A stretch of DNA of 64,000 bases, from the NCBI GenBank assembly GCA_963845065.1, contig CAWJQQ010000008.1, forward strand, positions 352,001 through 416,000, in the 5' to 3' direction. The position numbers and the translations under genes were made by a program. The stretch comes from Nitrospirota bacterium. GTDB taxonomy: Bacteria > Nitrospirota > UBA9217. Shown piece after piece: positions 49,939-62,303 of the stretch. The notes under the pieces were generated by a model, which worked only from the letters and a program-made list of their open reading frames with translations, searched no databases and was not told the DNA's origin. Position 1 is the stretch's first letter, and each line of letters starts with the position of its first letter.

Positions 49939-51300
49939 TTATTTCTTTCGCGATTTTTTTTGCATCGCGGGGCGTTCTTCTCTTCGGCTTTTTGCAAAAA
50001 TTCTGATCGGCGTACCATCGAAACCGAATGCATCACGAAGTTTGTTCTCGATATAACGGAGGTACGAGAAATGTACACCTGCGGGATAGTTGACGAAAAC
50101 GATAAATGTGGGGGGTTTGATGCCTCCCTGCGTTATATAATAATATTTTACGCGTTTGCCATGGTAGAGCGGAGGTTCGTGGGATGCGGTAAGCCGCTCG
50201 AAAATGCGGTTGAGTTCCGCTGTGGGAACCCGTTTTTCAGCTTCCTTGATCACGCGGTCGATTTCATCGAAAACTTTGGTGATGCGTTGGCGGGTTTTGG
50301 CAGAAATGGTAAGGACCGGCGCATATGCGGCGAATTTGAGCCGCTGCTGGATTTCGGCAATGAACTTCTTATAGGCCTCTTCCTTGTCAGGAACGAGGTC
50401 CCACTTGTTTAGAATGATGATGAGCCCCTTGCCTTCATCGTGGACCAGGCCTGCGACTCGTTCGTCCTGCTCCGTGATCCCTTCCACCGCGTCGATAAGT
50501 ACGAGAGCGACGTCTGCGCGTGACAGACTCTTTATGGCCCGCATGACGCTGTATTTTTCCACACCCCTGCCGATTTTGCCCCGACTCCGGATTCCTGCGG
50601 TATCAACAAGCGTATATTTTCTGCCATAGTACTGGTAGGTGCTATCCACGGAATCCCTGGTTGTGCCCGCGATGGGACTAACGATCATCCGGTCTTCACC
50701 GATCAGCGAGTTCACAAACGAGGACTTTCCAACGTTCGGCCGGCCCAGGATTGAGATTCTCGGAATGTCGGCCGTTTCGTTTTCCTGCGGGCCAGACGAC
50801 GCTTCAGGCAACTTACGATAGAGTTCATCCATGAAGTCGGAAAAGCCCGGACCGTGCAGGGCCGAGAGGGGGTAGAGAGTGTCTATGCCGAGTCGGTAAA
50901 AGTCGGGGACGAGGCCCTCATGCTTCACGCCATCAACTTTATTGACGGCATAAATCACGGGCTTGCCCGATGCCCTGAGCCTGTGCGACACTTCGATATC
51001 CGCGGGCAGCAGGCCCTCTTTGCCGTCGAGGAGGAAGATGATGATATCGGCTTCTTCCACTGCAAGCGTGGTCTGTTCGCGCATCTTTATGTACATAGCG
51101 TCACTAGTCACGGGTTCTAGGCCGCCGGTGTCCACGAGCAGAAAGCGCTTATTTTCCCATTCGGCCTCTGCATAATTGCGGTCGCGTGTAACACCTGGCA
51201 TATCCTCGACGATGGCGAAGTTTCTACCAAGGATCCGGTTGAACAGCGTGGATTTGCCCACATTGGGACGGCCCACTATGGCTACGACTGGTTTCGACAT
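49939..51300 (-). CDS. der: Ribosome biogenesis GTPase Der
   Basis: Two GRPNVGKS G-domains and KH-like C-terminus. Confidence 0.97.
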   Translation of the reverse strand: MSKPVVAIVGRPNVGKSTLFNRILGRNFAIVEDMPGVTRDRNYAEAEWENKRFLLVDTGGLEPVTSDAMYIKMREQTTLAVEEADIIIFLLDGKEGLLPADIEVSHRLRASGKPVIYAVNKVDGVKHEGLVPDFYRLGIDTLYPLSALHGPGFSDFMDELYRKLPEASSGPQENETADIPRISILGRPNVGKSSFVNSLIGEDRMIVSPIAGTTRDSVDSTYQYYGRKYTLVDTAGIRSRGKIGRGVEKYSVMRAIKSLSRADVALVLIDAVEGITEQDERVAGLVHDEGKGLIIILNKWDLVPDKEEAYKKFIAEIQQRLKFAAYAPVLTISAKTRQRITKVFDEIDRVIKEAEKRVPTAELNRIFERLTASHEPPLYHGKRVKYYYITQGGIKPPTFIVFVNYPAGVHFSYLRYIENKLRDAFGFDGTPIRIFAKSRREERPAMQKKSRKK

Positions 51301-51502
51301 AGTTTTGTGCCTGAGGATCTCAGAAAAATACACATATTTGGGCAAGTAAGAGGCAACAGCGGACGACATTCCCTCTGCACCCGCTCCATGCTCACAGGCA
51401 CGCACTATATCACTATTGTCCGCGGCAGTTCAAGAAAAAACCTTGCACGGTCCAGGTAATTGTGTTATTTTTTAACACAATATCGCTTCTTAGGAGGCCA
51501 CA

Positions 51503-51805
51503 ATGCTGAGATTCGTCGCGTTGACAGCGTTCATTTTCCTGTTCTCTGTTTCTATTGCCCGTGCGGATTACTACCGCTGGGTGGACAAAGACGGAAAAGA
51601 GTTTTTCACTAACGACCGTAGACAAATACCGAAGAAATACCGCGACCATGCTTCGAAAATCAAGTTCGACCAATCCCGGGTAAGTGTGAGAAAACAACCT
51701 ATAGCCCCGGTAAAACATCGGCAAAAGCCGCCGAACACAAAGACAAAGAAGGCCGAAGCGCGGAGTACTGGCGAACACGTGCCAAAAAGTTCCGGTGTAA
51801 ACTGA
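51503..51805 (+). CDS. DUF4124-like small exported protein
   Basis: Signal peptide + ADYYRWVDKDG..FFTND..IP.KY. Confidence 0.75.
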   Translation: MLRFVALTAFIFLFSVSIARADYYRWVDKDGKEFFTNDRRQIPKKYRDHASKIKFDQSRVSVRKQPIAPVKHRQKPPNTKTKKAEARSTGEHVPKSSGVN

Positions 51806-51891
51806 CGGGTATTAATGAATGAAATTCTTTTTTGATAGCGTTGCTGTTTGGTGATACACGATGCCCTCCGGCCGGATCGGAGGGTAATCTC

Positions 51892-52566
51892 ATGAAGAAG
51901 ATAATTATTGCAGAACCCATCATTCTCGACATTGAGCGGGACAACACCGTATTCGGACGGGGAAGTATATCAGTTATCCCTGCCAGGTCATCTGAGGAAA
52001 TCCTGAATCTTCACGGGACTTATAAGGCGGACTTGATTATCACTGACTTCGAATTGCCGTTGATGGGTGGTGCAAAACTCTGTTCCCTGATTCGGAACGA
52101 TGCCAGCCTTAAGAACGTGTCGATCATTGTCGTCTGTAATGCGACTGATGCGTCACTGGCACAATGCCGGGAAACAGGAGCTAACGCCGTCATACCGAAA
52201 CCTCCGAGCGAGGATATGCTCTTTTCAAAAATATCTGAACTGCTCGTCGTTCCCCAGCGAAAGGGCATACGGGTATTGCAGCGAATATCCGTTAAAAGCA
52301 CCGAAGGGGATACTACTTTTTTCGCCCGATCGTTAAATATCAGCATTTCGGGTATGCTTATTGAAACCTACCGTGCTTTCAAGAAGGGTGATCGCTTGAC
52401 ATGCGCCTTCAAAATCGCCCACAATGAGGTTGTAGTTGACTGCATGGTCATGAGAGCGGAAAAGTCCGCTTCGGGGCGGCACTGTTATGGAATAAAGTTC
52501 ATTAACTGCAATACGAAGTCCCTTGTTATGATTGATCATTTTGTCAAGTCTCAGGTAAAGAGATGA
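51892..52566 (+). CDS. Receiver-domain + PilZ-domain protein
   Basis: LIITDFELP..GG, IPKP; R...R and NISISG PilZ motifs. Confidence 0.85.
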   Translation: MKKIIIAEPIILDIERDNTVFGRGSISVIPARSSEEILNLHGTYKADLIITDFELPLMGGAKLCSLIRNDASLKNVSIIVVCNATDASLAQCRETGANAVIPKPPSEDMLFSKISELLVVPQRKGIRVLQRISVKSTEGDTTFFARSLNISISGMLIETYRAFKKGDRLTCAFKIAHNEVVVDCMVMRAEKSASGRHCYGIKFINCNTKSLVMIDHFVKSQVKR

Positions 52567-52667
52567 ATCGTTGCATGCGTAGCTGGAGGGATTAGGCGAG
52601 ATTGAAATAGCAGCACCTGGAAAGGGAATGCCTCTGTAGCCAACGTTGTCCGGGGGGGGGAACAGGT

Positions 52668-55139
52668 TTGGAAGAACGGTACGATTTCAAGAAAGTTGAA
52701 GAGCGCTGGCAACGTTCCTGGCACGAGCAGAAGACGTTTAAAGTGACGGAGGACGCGTCAAAGCCGAAATATTACTGCCTCGAGATGTTCCCCTATCCAT
52801 CGGGCAGGATTCACATGGGTCACGTACGGAATTATGCCATCGGCGACGTTGTTTCGCGGTATAAACGGATGCGCGGATTCAACGTGCTCCACCCGATGGG
52901 GTGGGACTCCTTCGGGCTGCCTGCCGAAAACGCGGCCATCAAGCACGGCATCCCTCCTGCTAAGTGGACCCTTGAGAATATCGCTTACATGAGGGACAAG
53001 CAGCTGAAGCGTCTTGGCCTTTCCTACGACTGGGACAGAGAAGTCACTACGTGCCTTGAAGAATATTACCGATGGAACCAGTGGTTCTTCATCAGGATGT
53101 ACGAGCGCGGGCTGGCGTATAAGAAGCTGTCCTACGTGAATTGGTGCCCGTCGTGCAATACCGTTCTGGCGAACGAACAGGTAGAGCAGGGCCTCTGCTG
53201 GCGTTGCAGTTCTATTGTCACTCACAAAGAGCTCGAACAGTGGTTTTTTAAAATCACAGCCTATGCCGAGGAACTGCTTTCCTACTGTGATAAACTCACC
53301 GGCTGGCCCGAGCGAGTTCTTACCATGCAGAGGAATTGGATCGGGAAGTCCATCGGCGTTGAGGCGGACTTCACGGTCGAACGTTCTGGTGAAAAGCTCA
53401 CCATCTTTACTACACGGCCAGACACGCTCTATGGCGTTACCTTCATGAGCATTGCGCCCGAACATCCAATGGTCGAGTCGCTCATCAAAGGAACTCCTCA
53501 CGCCGATCAGGTCCGGGCATTTTGCCAACGTGTCATGCGCGAGGACAAGGCCGAACGCACCGACGAAAAACAGAAAAAAGAAGGTATGTTCACCGGGGCC
53601 TATGCGGTCAATCCTCTGAACAACGAGAAGGTTCCCATCTGGGTCGGCAACTTCGTTCTCATGGAGTACGGCACCGGAGCGATCATGTCCGTTCCTGCCC
53701 ATGACCAGCGCGATTTTGAGTTTGCCAGGAACTATGGACTTCCGGTCCGCGTAGTGATCCAGAACGCCGAAAAAAACCTTGATCCTTTCACGATGACGGA
53801 AGCCTACATAGACGAAGGGACCATGGTGAATTCTGGCCCCTTCGACGGAAGCCCCAACAGGGCGGGGAAGGAAAAGGTCGCCGATTACGTGGAACAGCGG
53901 AACATAGGGAGACGCACCGTGAACTGGCGACTTCGCGACTGGGGCATTTCGCGTCAACGGTACTGGGGAACGCCGATCCCGATCATTTACTGCGAGGCAT
54001 GCGGGGCCGTGCCGGTTCCTGAGAAAGATCTTCCCGTGCGGCTGCCGGTAGACGTCGCATTGACCGGGAAAGGGCGGTCTCCTCTTGGCGAGTCTCAATC
54101 ATTTCGGGAAACGAACTGCCCGAGGTGCGGTGGCAGAGCAGAGCGAGAGACGGACACGATGGATACGTTCGTGGATTCTTCCTGGTATTTTCTGCGTTAT
54201 TGCTCTCCCCACGAAAGCGTGGCGCCCTTTGACAAAAAGGCCGCGGGGTACTGGATGAACGTTGACCAGTACATCGGAGGCATCGAGCATGCCGTGCTGC
54301 ACCTTCTCTATGCACGGTTCTTCACCAAAGTGATCCGCGATCTGGGGCTCTTCGATGGCGACGAGCCGTTCCTGAACCTGCTCACACAGGGCATGGTTAT
54401 CAAGGATGGCGCGAAAATGAGCAAGTCCAAGGGCAATGTCGTGGACCCGGACTTTATTCTCACGAAGTACGGTGCGGATACGGCGCGGCTATTCTCGCTT
54501 TTTGCCGCTCCGCCGGAGCGGGACCTCGAGTGGAGCGATCAGGGCGTGGATGGCGCATACCGCTTTCTCCACCGGGTCTGGGCGGTCGTGTTTAAAAACA
54601 TCGATAGAGTCACGGATGTTAAGCCTGCCGGGTCAGAAGCCAGGGGTGACAAACTGTACCGAAAAACGCATCTCACGATCAAAAAGGTGACCGAGGACAT
54701 CGAGCGCGAATTTCACTTCAATACTGCGATATCGGCGCTCATGGAAATGGTGAATGAATTATATGATTATACTTCGGGCGGAGTGAAGGAGAAACAACTG
54801 CCTGTGCTCCGGTCCGCCATAGATACGTTGACGCTGCTTATCGCGCCATTTGCACCTCATTTTGCCGAAGAACTCAATGCGTCTCTCGGGAAAAAGGCGA
54901 GCATTGCAAATTCTTCATGGCCGATGTTCGACCCCGAGGCGATCGTTGCATCGGAAGTAACGATCGTGATCCAGGTAAATGGCAAGGTCAGGAGCAAACT
55001 GACTATGCTTACCGGCGCACCGGACAACGAAATCGAAGCCGCGGCGCTAGCCGATCCCAAAGTCAGGGATTATACACACGGGAAACCTCCGAAGAAGGTC
55101 ATTGTTGTACAGGGCAAACTCGTAAATATCGTTGTGTAG
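52668..55139 (+). CDS. leuS: Leucine--tRNA ligase
   Basis: [13 protein letters not shown] and KMSKS. Confidence 0.98.
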   Translation: MEERYDFKKVEERWQRSWHEQKTFKVTEDASKPKYYCLEMFPYPSGRIHMGHVRNYAIGDVVSRYKRMRGFNVLHPMGWDSFGLPAENAAIKHGIPPAKWTLENIAYMRDKQLKRLGLSYDWDREVTTCLEEYYRWNQWFFIRMYERGLAYKKLSYVNWCPSCNTVLANEQVEQGLCWRCSSIVTHKELEQWFFKITAYAEELLSYCDKLTGWPERVLTMQRNWIGKSIGVEADFTVERSGEKLTIFTTRPDTLYGVTFMSIAPEHPMVESLIKGTPHADQVRAFCQRVMREDKAERTDEKQKKEGMFTGAYAVNPLNNEKVPIWVGNFVLMEYGTGAIMSVPAHDQRDFEFARNYGLPVRVVIQNAEKNLDPFTMTEAYIDEGTMVNSGPFDGSPNRAGKEKVADYVEQRNIGRRTVNWRLRDWGISRQRYWGTPIPIIYCEACGAVPVPEKDLPVRLPVDVALTGKGRSPLGESQSFRETNCPRCGGRAERETDTMDTFVDSSWYFLRYCSPHESVAPFDKKAAGYWMNVDQYIGGIEHAVLHLLYARFFTKVIRDLGLFDGDEPFLNLLTQGMVIKDGAKMSKSKGNVVDPDFILTKYGADTARLFSLFAAPPERDLEWSDQGVDGAYRFLHRVWAVVFKNIDRVTDVKPAGSEARGDKLYRKTHLTIKKVTEDIEREFHFNTAISALMEMVNELYDYTSGGVKEKQLPVLRSAIDTLTLLIAPFAPHFAEELNASLGKKASIANSSWPMFDPEAIVASEVTIVIQVNGKVRSKLTMLTGAPDNEIEAAALADPKVRDYTHGKPPKKVIVVQGKLVNIVV

Positions 55140-55149
55140 AGCGGGCATA

Positions 55150-55740
55150 ATGACAAACCCCATGAAGACTGTTGAACTATTGCTAAAAAATGTCGTCTCG
55201 GTCAGGCAACGGCTGCCGATGTCGTTAGTCATGCTTTTATTAATCAGTCTATTTATGCCGTTGACCTCCTGCGGCTACCATTTTTCCTCTATCGGAAGGA
55301 ACATTCCTCAAGGCGCGAAGACCATTGCAGTCTCCGTGTTTATCAATGATACCACGGAGCCCTATGTCGATGTGGACATTACAAAAGCCGTAGCGGACGA
55401 GTTCTTGACCGATGGAAGGCTTAACGTCGTGAGTGAGGACACCGCAGACCTTGTTTTGCGGGGGCACGTGACCAAGTTTGTTTTAACGGCGCAAGCTTAT
55501 ACAGCCGCTTCGTATGTGCAGGCGTACAATGTCAGCATCACTGTCAGTATAAGCGTTGAAGATACGAAAACGCAGAAGCTGATTTTGCAGGATGTAGCCC
55601 TCACAGATTATTTTACTTCCACATATACAGTGGCCATAGGAGATATTTCGCAGACCAAGATAGCAAAAGAAGCAGCCGTGCAAAGCGCTTGTCAGGATAT
55701 TGCATCTACAGTAAGAAGCAGAGTGCTCGACGGATTTTAG
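55150..55740 (+). CDS. lptE: LptE-family lipoprotein
   Basis: SCGYH lipobox; conserved leuS-lptE-holA order; start uncertain. Confidence 0.8.
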   Translation: MTNPMKTVELLLKNVVSVRQRLPMSLVMLLLISLFMPLTSCGYHFSSIGRNIPQGAKTIAVSVFINDTTEPYVDVDITKAVADEFLTDGRLNVVSEDTADLVLRGHVTKFVLTAQAYTAASYVQAYNVSITVSISVEDTKTQKLILQDVALTDYFTSTYTVAIGDISQTKIAKEAAVQSACQDIASTVRSRVLDGF

Positions 55741-55787
55741 CAAAATTTCCAAAGATTTGATTGCAGCCAGTTTCGGGGTATTTAATC

Positions 55788-56783
55788 GTGAAGTACCAGG
55801 ACTTTTTATCCAGCCTCAAACAGCATAAGATATCACCGCTCTATCTGTTTTACGGTGAAGAGGAGTTTCTGATCCAGGAGGCGCTCGATCACATTATCGA
55901 GACGATGGTAGATCCGGGTGCTCGGGATTTCAATTTCAATGTACTCTACTGCCGAGACACATCCGCATCTGATATCGTGAATCTTGCCCAGACCCTCCCG
56001 TTCATGTCTGAGAAACGCCTGGTGATCGCCAAAGAGATAGATGTCTTAAAGGCAGCCGACCTGGAGGAACTCGTCCCCTACCTGAATGACCCGTCTCCCA
56101 GTACGTGCCTCGTTCTCGTATCGAACCAGGGACGATATGAAAAAAAATCCGTCATCTCCGCTGTCGAGTCCCATGGTGGGGCCATACGATTTTATCCATT
56201 GCTCGATCGCGAGATCGTGGGCTGGATCGAGTCCCGTGCCATGTCACTCGGTGTTACAATCCAGCATGATGCATCCCAGTATCTCTGGCAAACGATCGGC
56301 AATGACCTTCAAAAGATCAAGAACGAACTCGAAAAGGTCAAAATTTATCTGAAAGAGAAGAAGACCATCACCTTCGATGACGTGAAAACCGTGGTAGGCG
56401 ATTTCCGGGAATACAATCCCTTTGACCTTGCAGCTGCGCTAGGCCAGAAGAACCCGGGAAAGGCCCTCTTGATACTGTCAAGGTTGCTCCAGGAAGGAGA
56501 AGCGCCTGTCGGTCTGCTTGGATCCGTCGCCTGGAACTTTCGGCGTCTTCTCCAGGCAAAATCCATGGAGGCCGCCGGCATCAGCTCTGATGAGATAATG
56601 AGGAAACAAAAGGTGATATTTCACCAGGCCAGATTGTTCAAGGAACAGATGAGGCGTTATACTATGGATGAATTAAGGGAAACATTTTCCGTGATGCTTG
56701 CAGCGGACCGGGCACTAAAATCAAGCGGTCTGAATGGACGGCTTGTGCTGGAGAGGATGATCCTTAAACTCTGTGGGACGTAG
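55788..56783 (+). CDS. holA: DNA polymerase III delta subunit
   Basis: YLFYGEEEFL, TLPFMSEKRLV, ELEK, D..LKS. Confidence 0.93.
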   Translation: MKYQDFLSSLKQHKISPLYLFYGEEEFLIQEALDHIIETMVDPGARDFNFNVLYCRDTSASDIVNLAQTLPFMSEKRLVIAKEIDVLKAADLEELVPYLNDPSPSTCLVLVSNQGRYEKKSVISAVESHGGAIRFYPLLDREIVGWIESRAMSLGVTIQHDASQYLWQTIGNDLQKIKNELEKVKIYLKEKKTITFDDVKTVVGDFREYNPFDLAAALGQKNPGKALLILSRLLQEGEAPVGLLGSVAWNFRRLLQAKSMEAAGISSDEIMRKQKVIFHQARLFKEQMRRYTMDELRETFSVMLAADRALKSSGLNGRLVLERMILKLCGT

Positions 56784-56835
56784 GAAGTGCGGAATTTGGC
56801 CGCTACAGGGCTGGTTGCTTAAATGAGGAGTAAAA

Positions 56836-56866
56836 AAAAAGCGCCTTCGTCTAGCGAAGGCGCTTT
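56836..56866. terminator. Bidirectional terminator between holA and rpsT
   Basis: AAAGCGCCTTCG-TCTAG-CGAAGGCGCTTT. Confidence 0.8.
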
Positions 56867-56892
56867 GCCGTTTACAATACCGTATAAAATAA

Positions 56893-57162
56893 CTACGCAG
56901 AGGTGATCTTGCTGACCGTCATGGAGAGGCGAGAAACCTTCCGCGAAGCGGTGCTCTTGTGAAGGACACCCTGAGACGCCGCCTTATCATAGGCCTTCAT
57001 GGCTTTAACCAAAGCCTCTTTTGCCGCGTCAGCTTTCTTCTCTGCAGCAGCCTGCTCGACTTTTTTCGAGATGGTCTTGAGCGCGGATCTTACTGATTTA
57101 TTAATGACATGCTTCTTGTCGGCTTGCCGCTGCCTTTTGATCACTGATTTGTGAATCGCCAC
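56893..57162 (-). CDS. rpsT: 30S ribosomal protein S20
   Basis: HKSVIKRQRQ, LHKSTASRKVSRL. Confidence 0.95.
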   Translation of the reverse strand: MAIHKSVIKRQRQADKKHVINKSVRSALKTISKKVEQAAAEKKADAAKEALVKAMKAYDKAASQGVLHKSTASRKVSRLSMTVSKITSA

Positions 57163-57479
57163 TTCTTGCCTCCTTGGGAGTTAAAAACAGTCTTCATTTT
57201 TAACATAAAGAACCCCTAAGTGTCAAGAAAAAAACCTTTTCTTACAGGCTGATTTCTGGTAAAGTTACGCCTTACTCTGAAAAAGGTTAAAACCATAGAC
57301 CCTGTCGGGATTTTAGTCAAATTAGGATCACAGCAAAGAAAAATTAAACGTCAGGAAGATTGTGCCAAGTATCTACAGCGTTATCCGGGTGTGTCTGTCT
57401 GAAGCATCCAAAACCTGTGTTCTTCAGCGGTTAATTCCTTTTTTCAGGTAGAGCTTCGCATTTTTCCGAGGTGTTTCGT

Positions 57480-59060
57480 ATGTCAGAGCAAACCAAGGTC
57501 GCAAAGGCGGCGGGTACCGTTGGTCTTGCCACGCTTGCCAGCCGTCTTATGGGATATATTCGCGACATGGTTATGTCCTGGGCCTTCGGCACGGGCATGG
57601 CTGCTGACGCGTTTTACGTGGCCTATCGCATCCCGAATCTTCTCCGCGAACTTCTTGCCGAAGGCTCGATGTCCGCCGCATTCATTCCTGTATTCACCGA
57701 GACGCTAACCAAAGAGTCTAAAGAAAGCGCCCTTCATCTTGCTAATGCCGTCTTTGCCCGGCTGCTCGTCATCCTCCTCGTTCTGACCGGATTGGGTGTG
57801 CTCTTCGCCCCCTTTGTGGTCAAGATGATCGCCTGGGGGTGGCTACACAAGGCCGGGAATGAGGACAAATTCCTCCTTGGAGTAACCCTCACAAGGATCA
57901 TGTTCCCCTATCTTTTATTTATCGGTCTCGCAGCGCTCGCAATGGGCATGCTCAATTCACTTCGTTACTTTCTCACTCCCGCGCTTTCGCCGGTAATGCT
58001 GAATGTCATGATGATCAGTGCGGTGGTGCTGAGCACGCGGTTCCTCTCTCAACCGATCATTGGCGTAGCCTTCGGCGTGGTTTTGGGCGGGATGTGCCAG
58101 TTCCTGATCCAGGTGCCCGGTCTGCAAAAACAGGGGATGAGGATGCGGCCGGAGTTCAAGCCCACGCATCCGGGCGTCAAAAGGATCGGTCTGTTGGTCC
58201 TGCCGGTTTTTCTCAGTTCCTCGGTAAACCAGCTGAATATTTTTATCACAACCATTCTTGCGTCGTTCCTAGCGACCGGCAGCATCACCTACCTGTACTA
58301 CGGCATGCGGTTCATCCAGTTTCCGCTTGGCATCTTCGGTGTCGCCATAGCAACGGCCGTGCTTCCCACCATGTCGGCCCAGGCAGCGCGGCGGGAGATG
58401 AATGAGTTCCGGGAAACATTCTCTTTTGGGTTGCGTCTCGTATTCTTCATCATGTTTCCGGCCATGGCAGCCCTTATCACGCTCCGAATCCCGATCGTGA
58501 GCCTTTTGCTCGAACACGGCCAGTTTGACCGCCATTCAACGCAGGGCGTCGCACTGGCACTCGCTTGTTATGCGGTGGGGCTTTGGGCCTTTGCGGGAGT
58601 ACGGATAGTGGTCCAGGCGTTCTATGCACTCCAGGACACGCGTACGCCGGTCTTCGTCGCTCTCGTGGCATTCAGTTCGAACATACTGCTAAGCGCCCTT
58701 TTTGTCTTCAAAACGTCGCTTGCCCACGGCGGCCTCGCGCTCGCTACGTCGATTGCGGCGATGCTGAATATCAGCCTGCTCACCATCCAACTCAGGAAAA
58801 AGATCGGCAGGATCGACGCCAGCCGCATCCTGCGGTCCCTGGTTAAAATTATCCCCGCGTCTTTGGCCATCGGGGTGATCGGCTGGTGGATCAGCAGTAA
58901 CCGTCTTTGGGACCACGGGGGAAATACAGAGCATAAGCTGGAATTGCTCGGAGGCAGCATGCTTGCAACCATTTGCTTCTATGTAATTGCAATGTGGATC
59001 ACGAAGAGCGAGGAGCTGGAGTTTATCTGGGGGATGGTGAAACGGAAGAGACAGGTATGA
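57480..59060 (+). CDS. murJ: Lipid II flippase
   Basis: SRLMGYIRD, RIPNLLRELLAEG, QFPLGIF, FYALQDTRTP. Confidence 0.96.
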   Translation: MSEQTKVAKAAGTVGLATLASRLMGYIRDMVMSWAFGTGMAADAFYVAYRIPNLLRELLAEGSMSAAFIPVFTETLTKESKESALHLANAVFARLLVILLVLTGLGVLFAPFVVKMIAWGWLHKAGNEDKFLLGVTLTRIMFPYLLFIGLAALAMGMLNSLRYFLTPALSPVMLNVMMISAVVLSTRFLSQPIIGVAFGVVLGGMCQFLIQVPGLQKQGMRMRPEFKPTHPGVKRIGLLVLPVFLSSSVNQLNIFITTILASFLATGSITYLYYGMRFIQFPLGIFGVAIATAVLPTMSAQAARREMNEFRETFSFGLRLVFFIMFPAMAALITLRIPIVSLLLEHGQFDRHSTQGVALALACYAVGLWAFAGVRIVVQAFYALQDTRTPVFVALVAFSSNILLSALFVFKTSLAHGGLALATSIAAMLNISLLTIQLRKKIGRIDASRILRSLVKIIPASLAIGVIGWWISSNRLWDHGGNTEHKLELLGGSMLATICFYVIAMWITKSEELEFIWGMVKRKRQV

Positions 59061-59599
59061 ATGCGTACTGCAAGATAAGTAGATTGGTCATTCATTGCGA
59101 TATCGGCTGGATTGGGGTGGCTGCAACAACGGAGGGAGTGCGTCGGATCATACTGCCCGGGAAATCAAAAAAGACAGTTAACCGTAAACTGCTGGAAACG
59201 ATGCGTGGCGCGCAGAGGTTGGAAAAACCTAAGTCCTCTCCCGGGGAAATTCTTCACACGGTGGAGAAATTACTTAAATGGCACTTCTCTGGAAAGTGTG
59301 TTTCGTTTGACGTCCCTCTTGATCTGAGGTATCATACGCCGTTCCAGCAGGCGGTCTGGCGGGCAGCCGCAGAAATCCCGTACGGGCAGACGAGGTCCTA
59401 TGCCTGGATCGCCAAGAGAATAAAGAACCCGAAGGCTGTGCGAGCCGTGGGCCAGGCATTGGGCGCCAACCCCATTCCAATCATCATACCCTGACACCGT
59501 GTTATCAGCTCAGCGGGTTCGCTGGGCGGGTTCTCGGCAGGGCTCAGGTTGAAAAAGAAACTACTAGAACTGGAGTCTAATGCCAGCGTCAGGCACTGA
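59057..59599 (+). CDS. ogt: Methylated-DNA--protein methyltransferase, selenocysteine form (PUHR, 180 aa)
   Basis: TPFQQAVW, IPYGQTRSY, RAVG.A..NPIPIIIP-TGA(59492)-HRV...LGGFS.G...K..LL.LE; SECIS-like hairpin 59508-59527. Confidence 0.9.
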
Positions 59600-59695
59600 G
59601 GCATGGAGACGCATATCAAAAAGCTTTTGTTTTCTGCGATCTCTGGGGCGCTACTGCTCTTTTTTATCATTTATAAAAAATAAGGAGTAAAAAAT

Positions 59696-60334
59696 ATGGT
59701 GCTGATCAGGCTTGTCGTGGGCCCGCTCCAGGTGAACTGCTTCATTCTTGCGGATGAAAAGACACTCGAAGCTGTAGTTATCGACCCGGGCGATGATGCA
59801 GAGGACATTCTCAAAATCATCAAAGACAAGGCGTTGAAGGTCAAGTACATCGTTGATACTCATGCTCACTTCGATCATGTGGGCGCGAATAAAGCAATAA
59901 AAGACGCTACGGGCGCCGAGTTGCTGCTCCATGAAGCTGATGCAGCTGTGCTTGCTACGGTTTCGCAGCAGTCCAGCGCGTTCGGCATGGACACGGTTTC
60001 ATCACCGCCCGCGGATAGGTACGTTAAACATGGCGACGTCATCACAGCAGGAGAAGTGGCGCTCAAGGTCCTGCACACGCCGGGCCATACGCCCGGAGGC
60101 ATAAGCTTGCTCGAACAAGGAATGGTTTTTACCGGCGACGCACTGTTTGCGGGTTCCATCGGCAGGACGGACTTCCCGGGCGGCGACCTCACGACACTTC
60201 TCCGCTCCATCAATACAAACCTTATGACACTACCGGATGATACCAAGGTCTTTTCCGGTCATGGTCCCGCTTCTACTATTGGCGACGAGCGACGCGATAA
60301 CCCCTTCCTGAATGAACAATCCGGATTTGAATAA
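59696..60334 (+). CDS. MBL-fold metallo-hydrolase (glyoxalase II/YcbL-like)
   Basis: THAHFDH, HTPGH, GDALF, GHG. Confidence 0.92.
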   Translation: MVLIRLVVGPLQVNCFILADEKTLEAVVIDPGDDAEDILKIIKDKALKVKYIVDTHAHFDHVGANKAIKDATGAELLLHEADAAVLATVSQQSSAFGMDTVSSPPADRYVKHGDVITAGEVALKVLHTPGHTPGGISLLEQGMVFTGDALFAGSIGRTDFPGGDLTTLLRSINTNLMTLPDDTKVFSGHGPASTIGDERRDNPFLNEQSGFE

Positions 60335-60503
60335 CCGGTTTTCCTTGAGGTTTTACCGCCAATGTGGTACAGTATACGACTTACGCAATTGAACCACGGA
60401 TGAATGCGTATCGCGCTATTGCATGAATCGGCAGAAACGTACGTCTTTTTATTTTTTACCTCTGCGACAGATTTCTCGTCACCGTGTTCATCCGCGACTA
60501 TAA

Positions 60504-61988
<1,485 letters not shown>

Positions 61989-62034
61989 GACTCGCTGAGT
62001 GCGGATTTCGAATTAAAAAAGAAGATTGACCACG

Positions 62035-62220
62035 ATGGAAAAAGTCATGCAAAGTGGGAGCACGCGAAGCTGGAAAACCAGAAAAGAAGCGAATATCCAT
62101 CGCTCTGACGATTTTACGCCTTGCAGCCATGACATGACAATCTGCGGTGACTGTGAAGGCAACAGAGCAAAGAAGAAGTGCCCCAGGCTTAAGGAGTGGC
62201 TGACGCAGAAGGAAAAATAA
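62035..62220 (+). CDS. Small Cys-containing hypothetical protein
   Basis: C-x6-C-x2-C-x8-C in about 61 aa, same strand as neighbours. Confidence 0.4.
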   Translation: MEKVMQSGSTRSWKTRKEANIHRSDDFTPCSHDMTICGDCEGNRAKKKCPRLKEWLTQKEK

Positions 62221-62303
62221 TTGTTGCAGCTTGCCGGTCGATATATAGTATAAATAAAACGCTCTGAGATATGCTGCTCAGAGCGTTCTTGTTTGAATTG
62301 ACA

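Noticed and set aside
52758..54098. Long antisense ORFs (446 aa here; also 12961-14088, 9140-9919, 11285-12100)
   Set aside because: They mirror conserved + strand genes and show no protein motifs; expected shadow ORFs.
59492..59494. ogt (and likewise the dsbA-like gene) as nonsense pseudogenes
   Set aside because: Both TGAs fall exactly on the catalytic Cys, downstream frames are intact, and SECIS-like hairpins follow.
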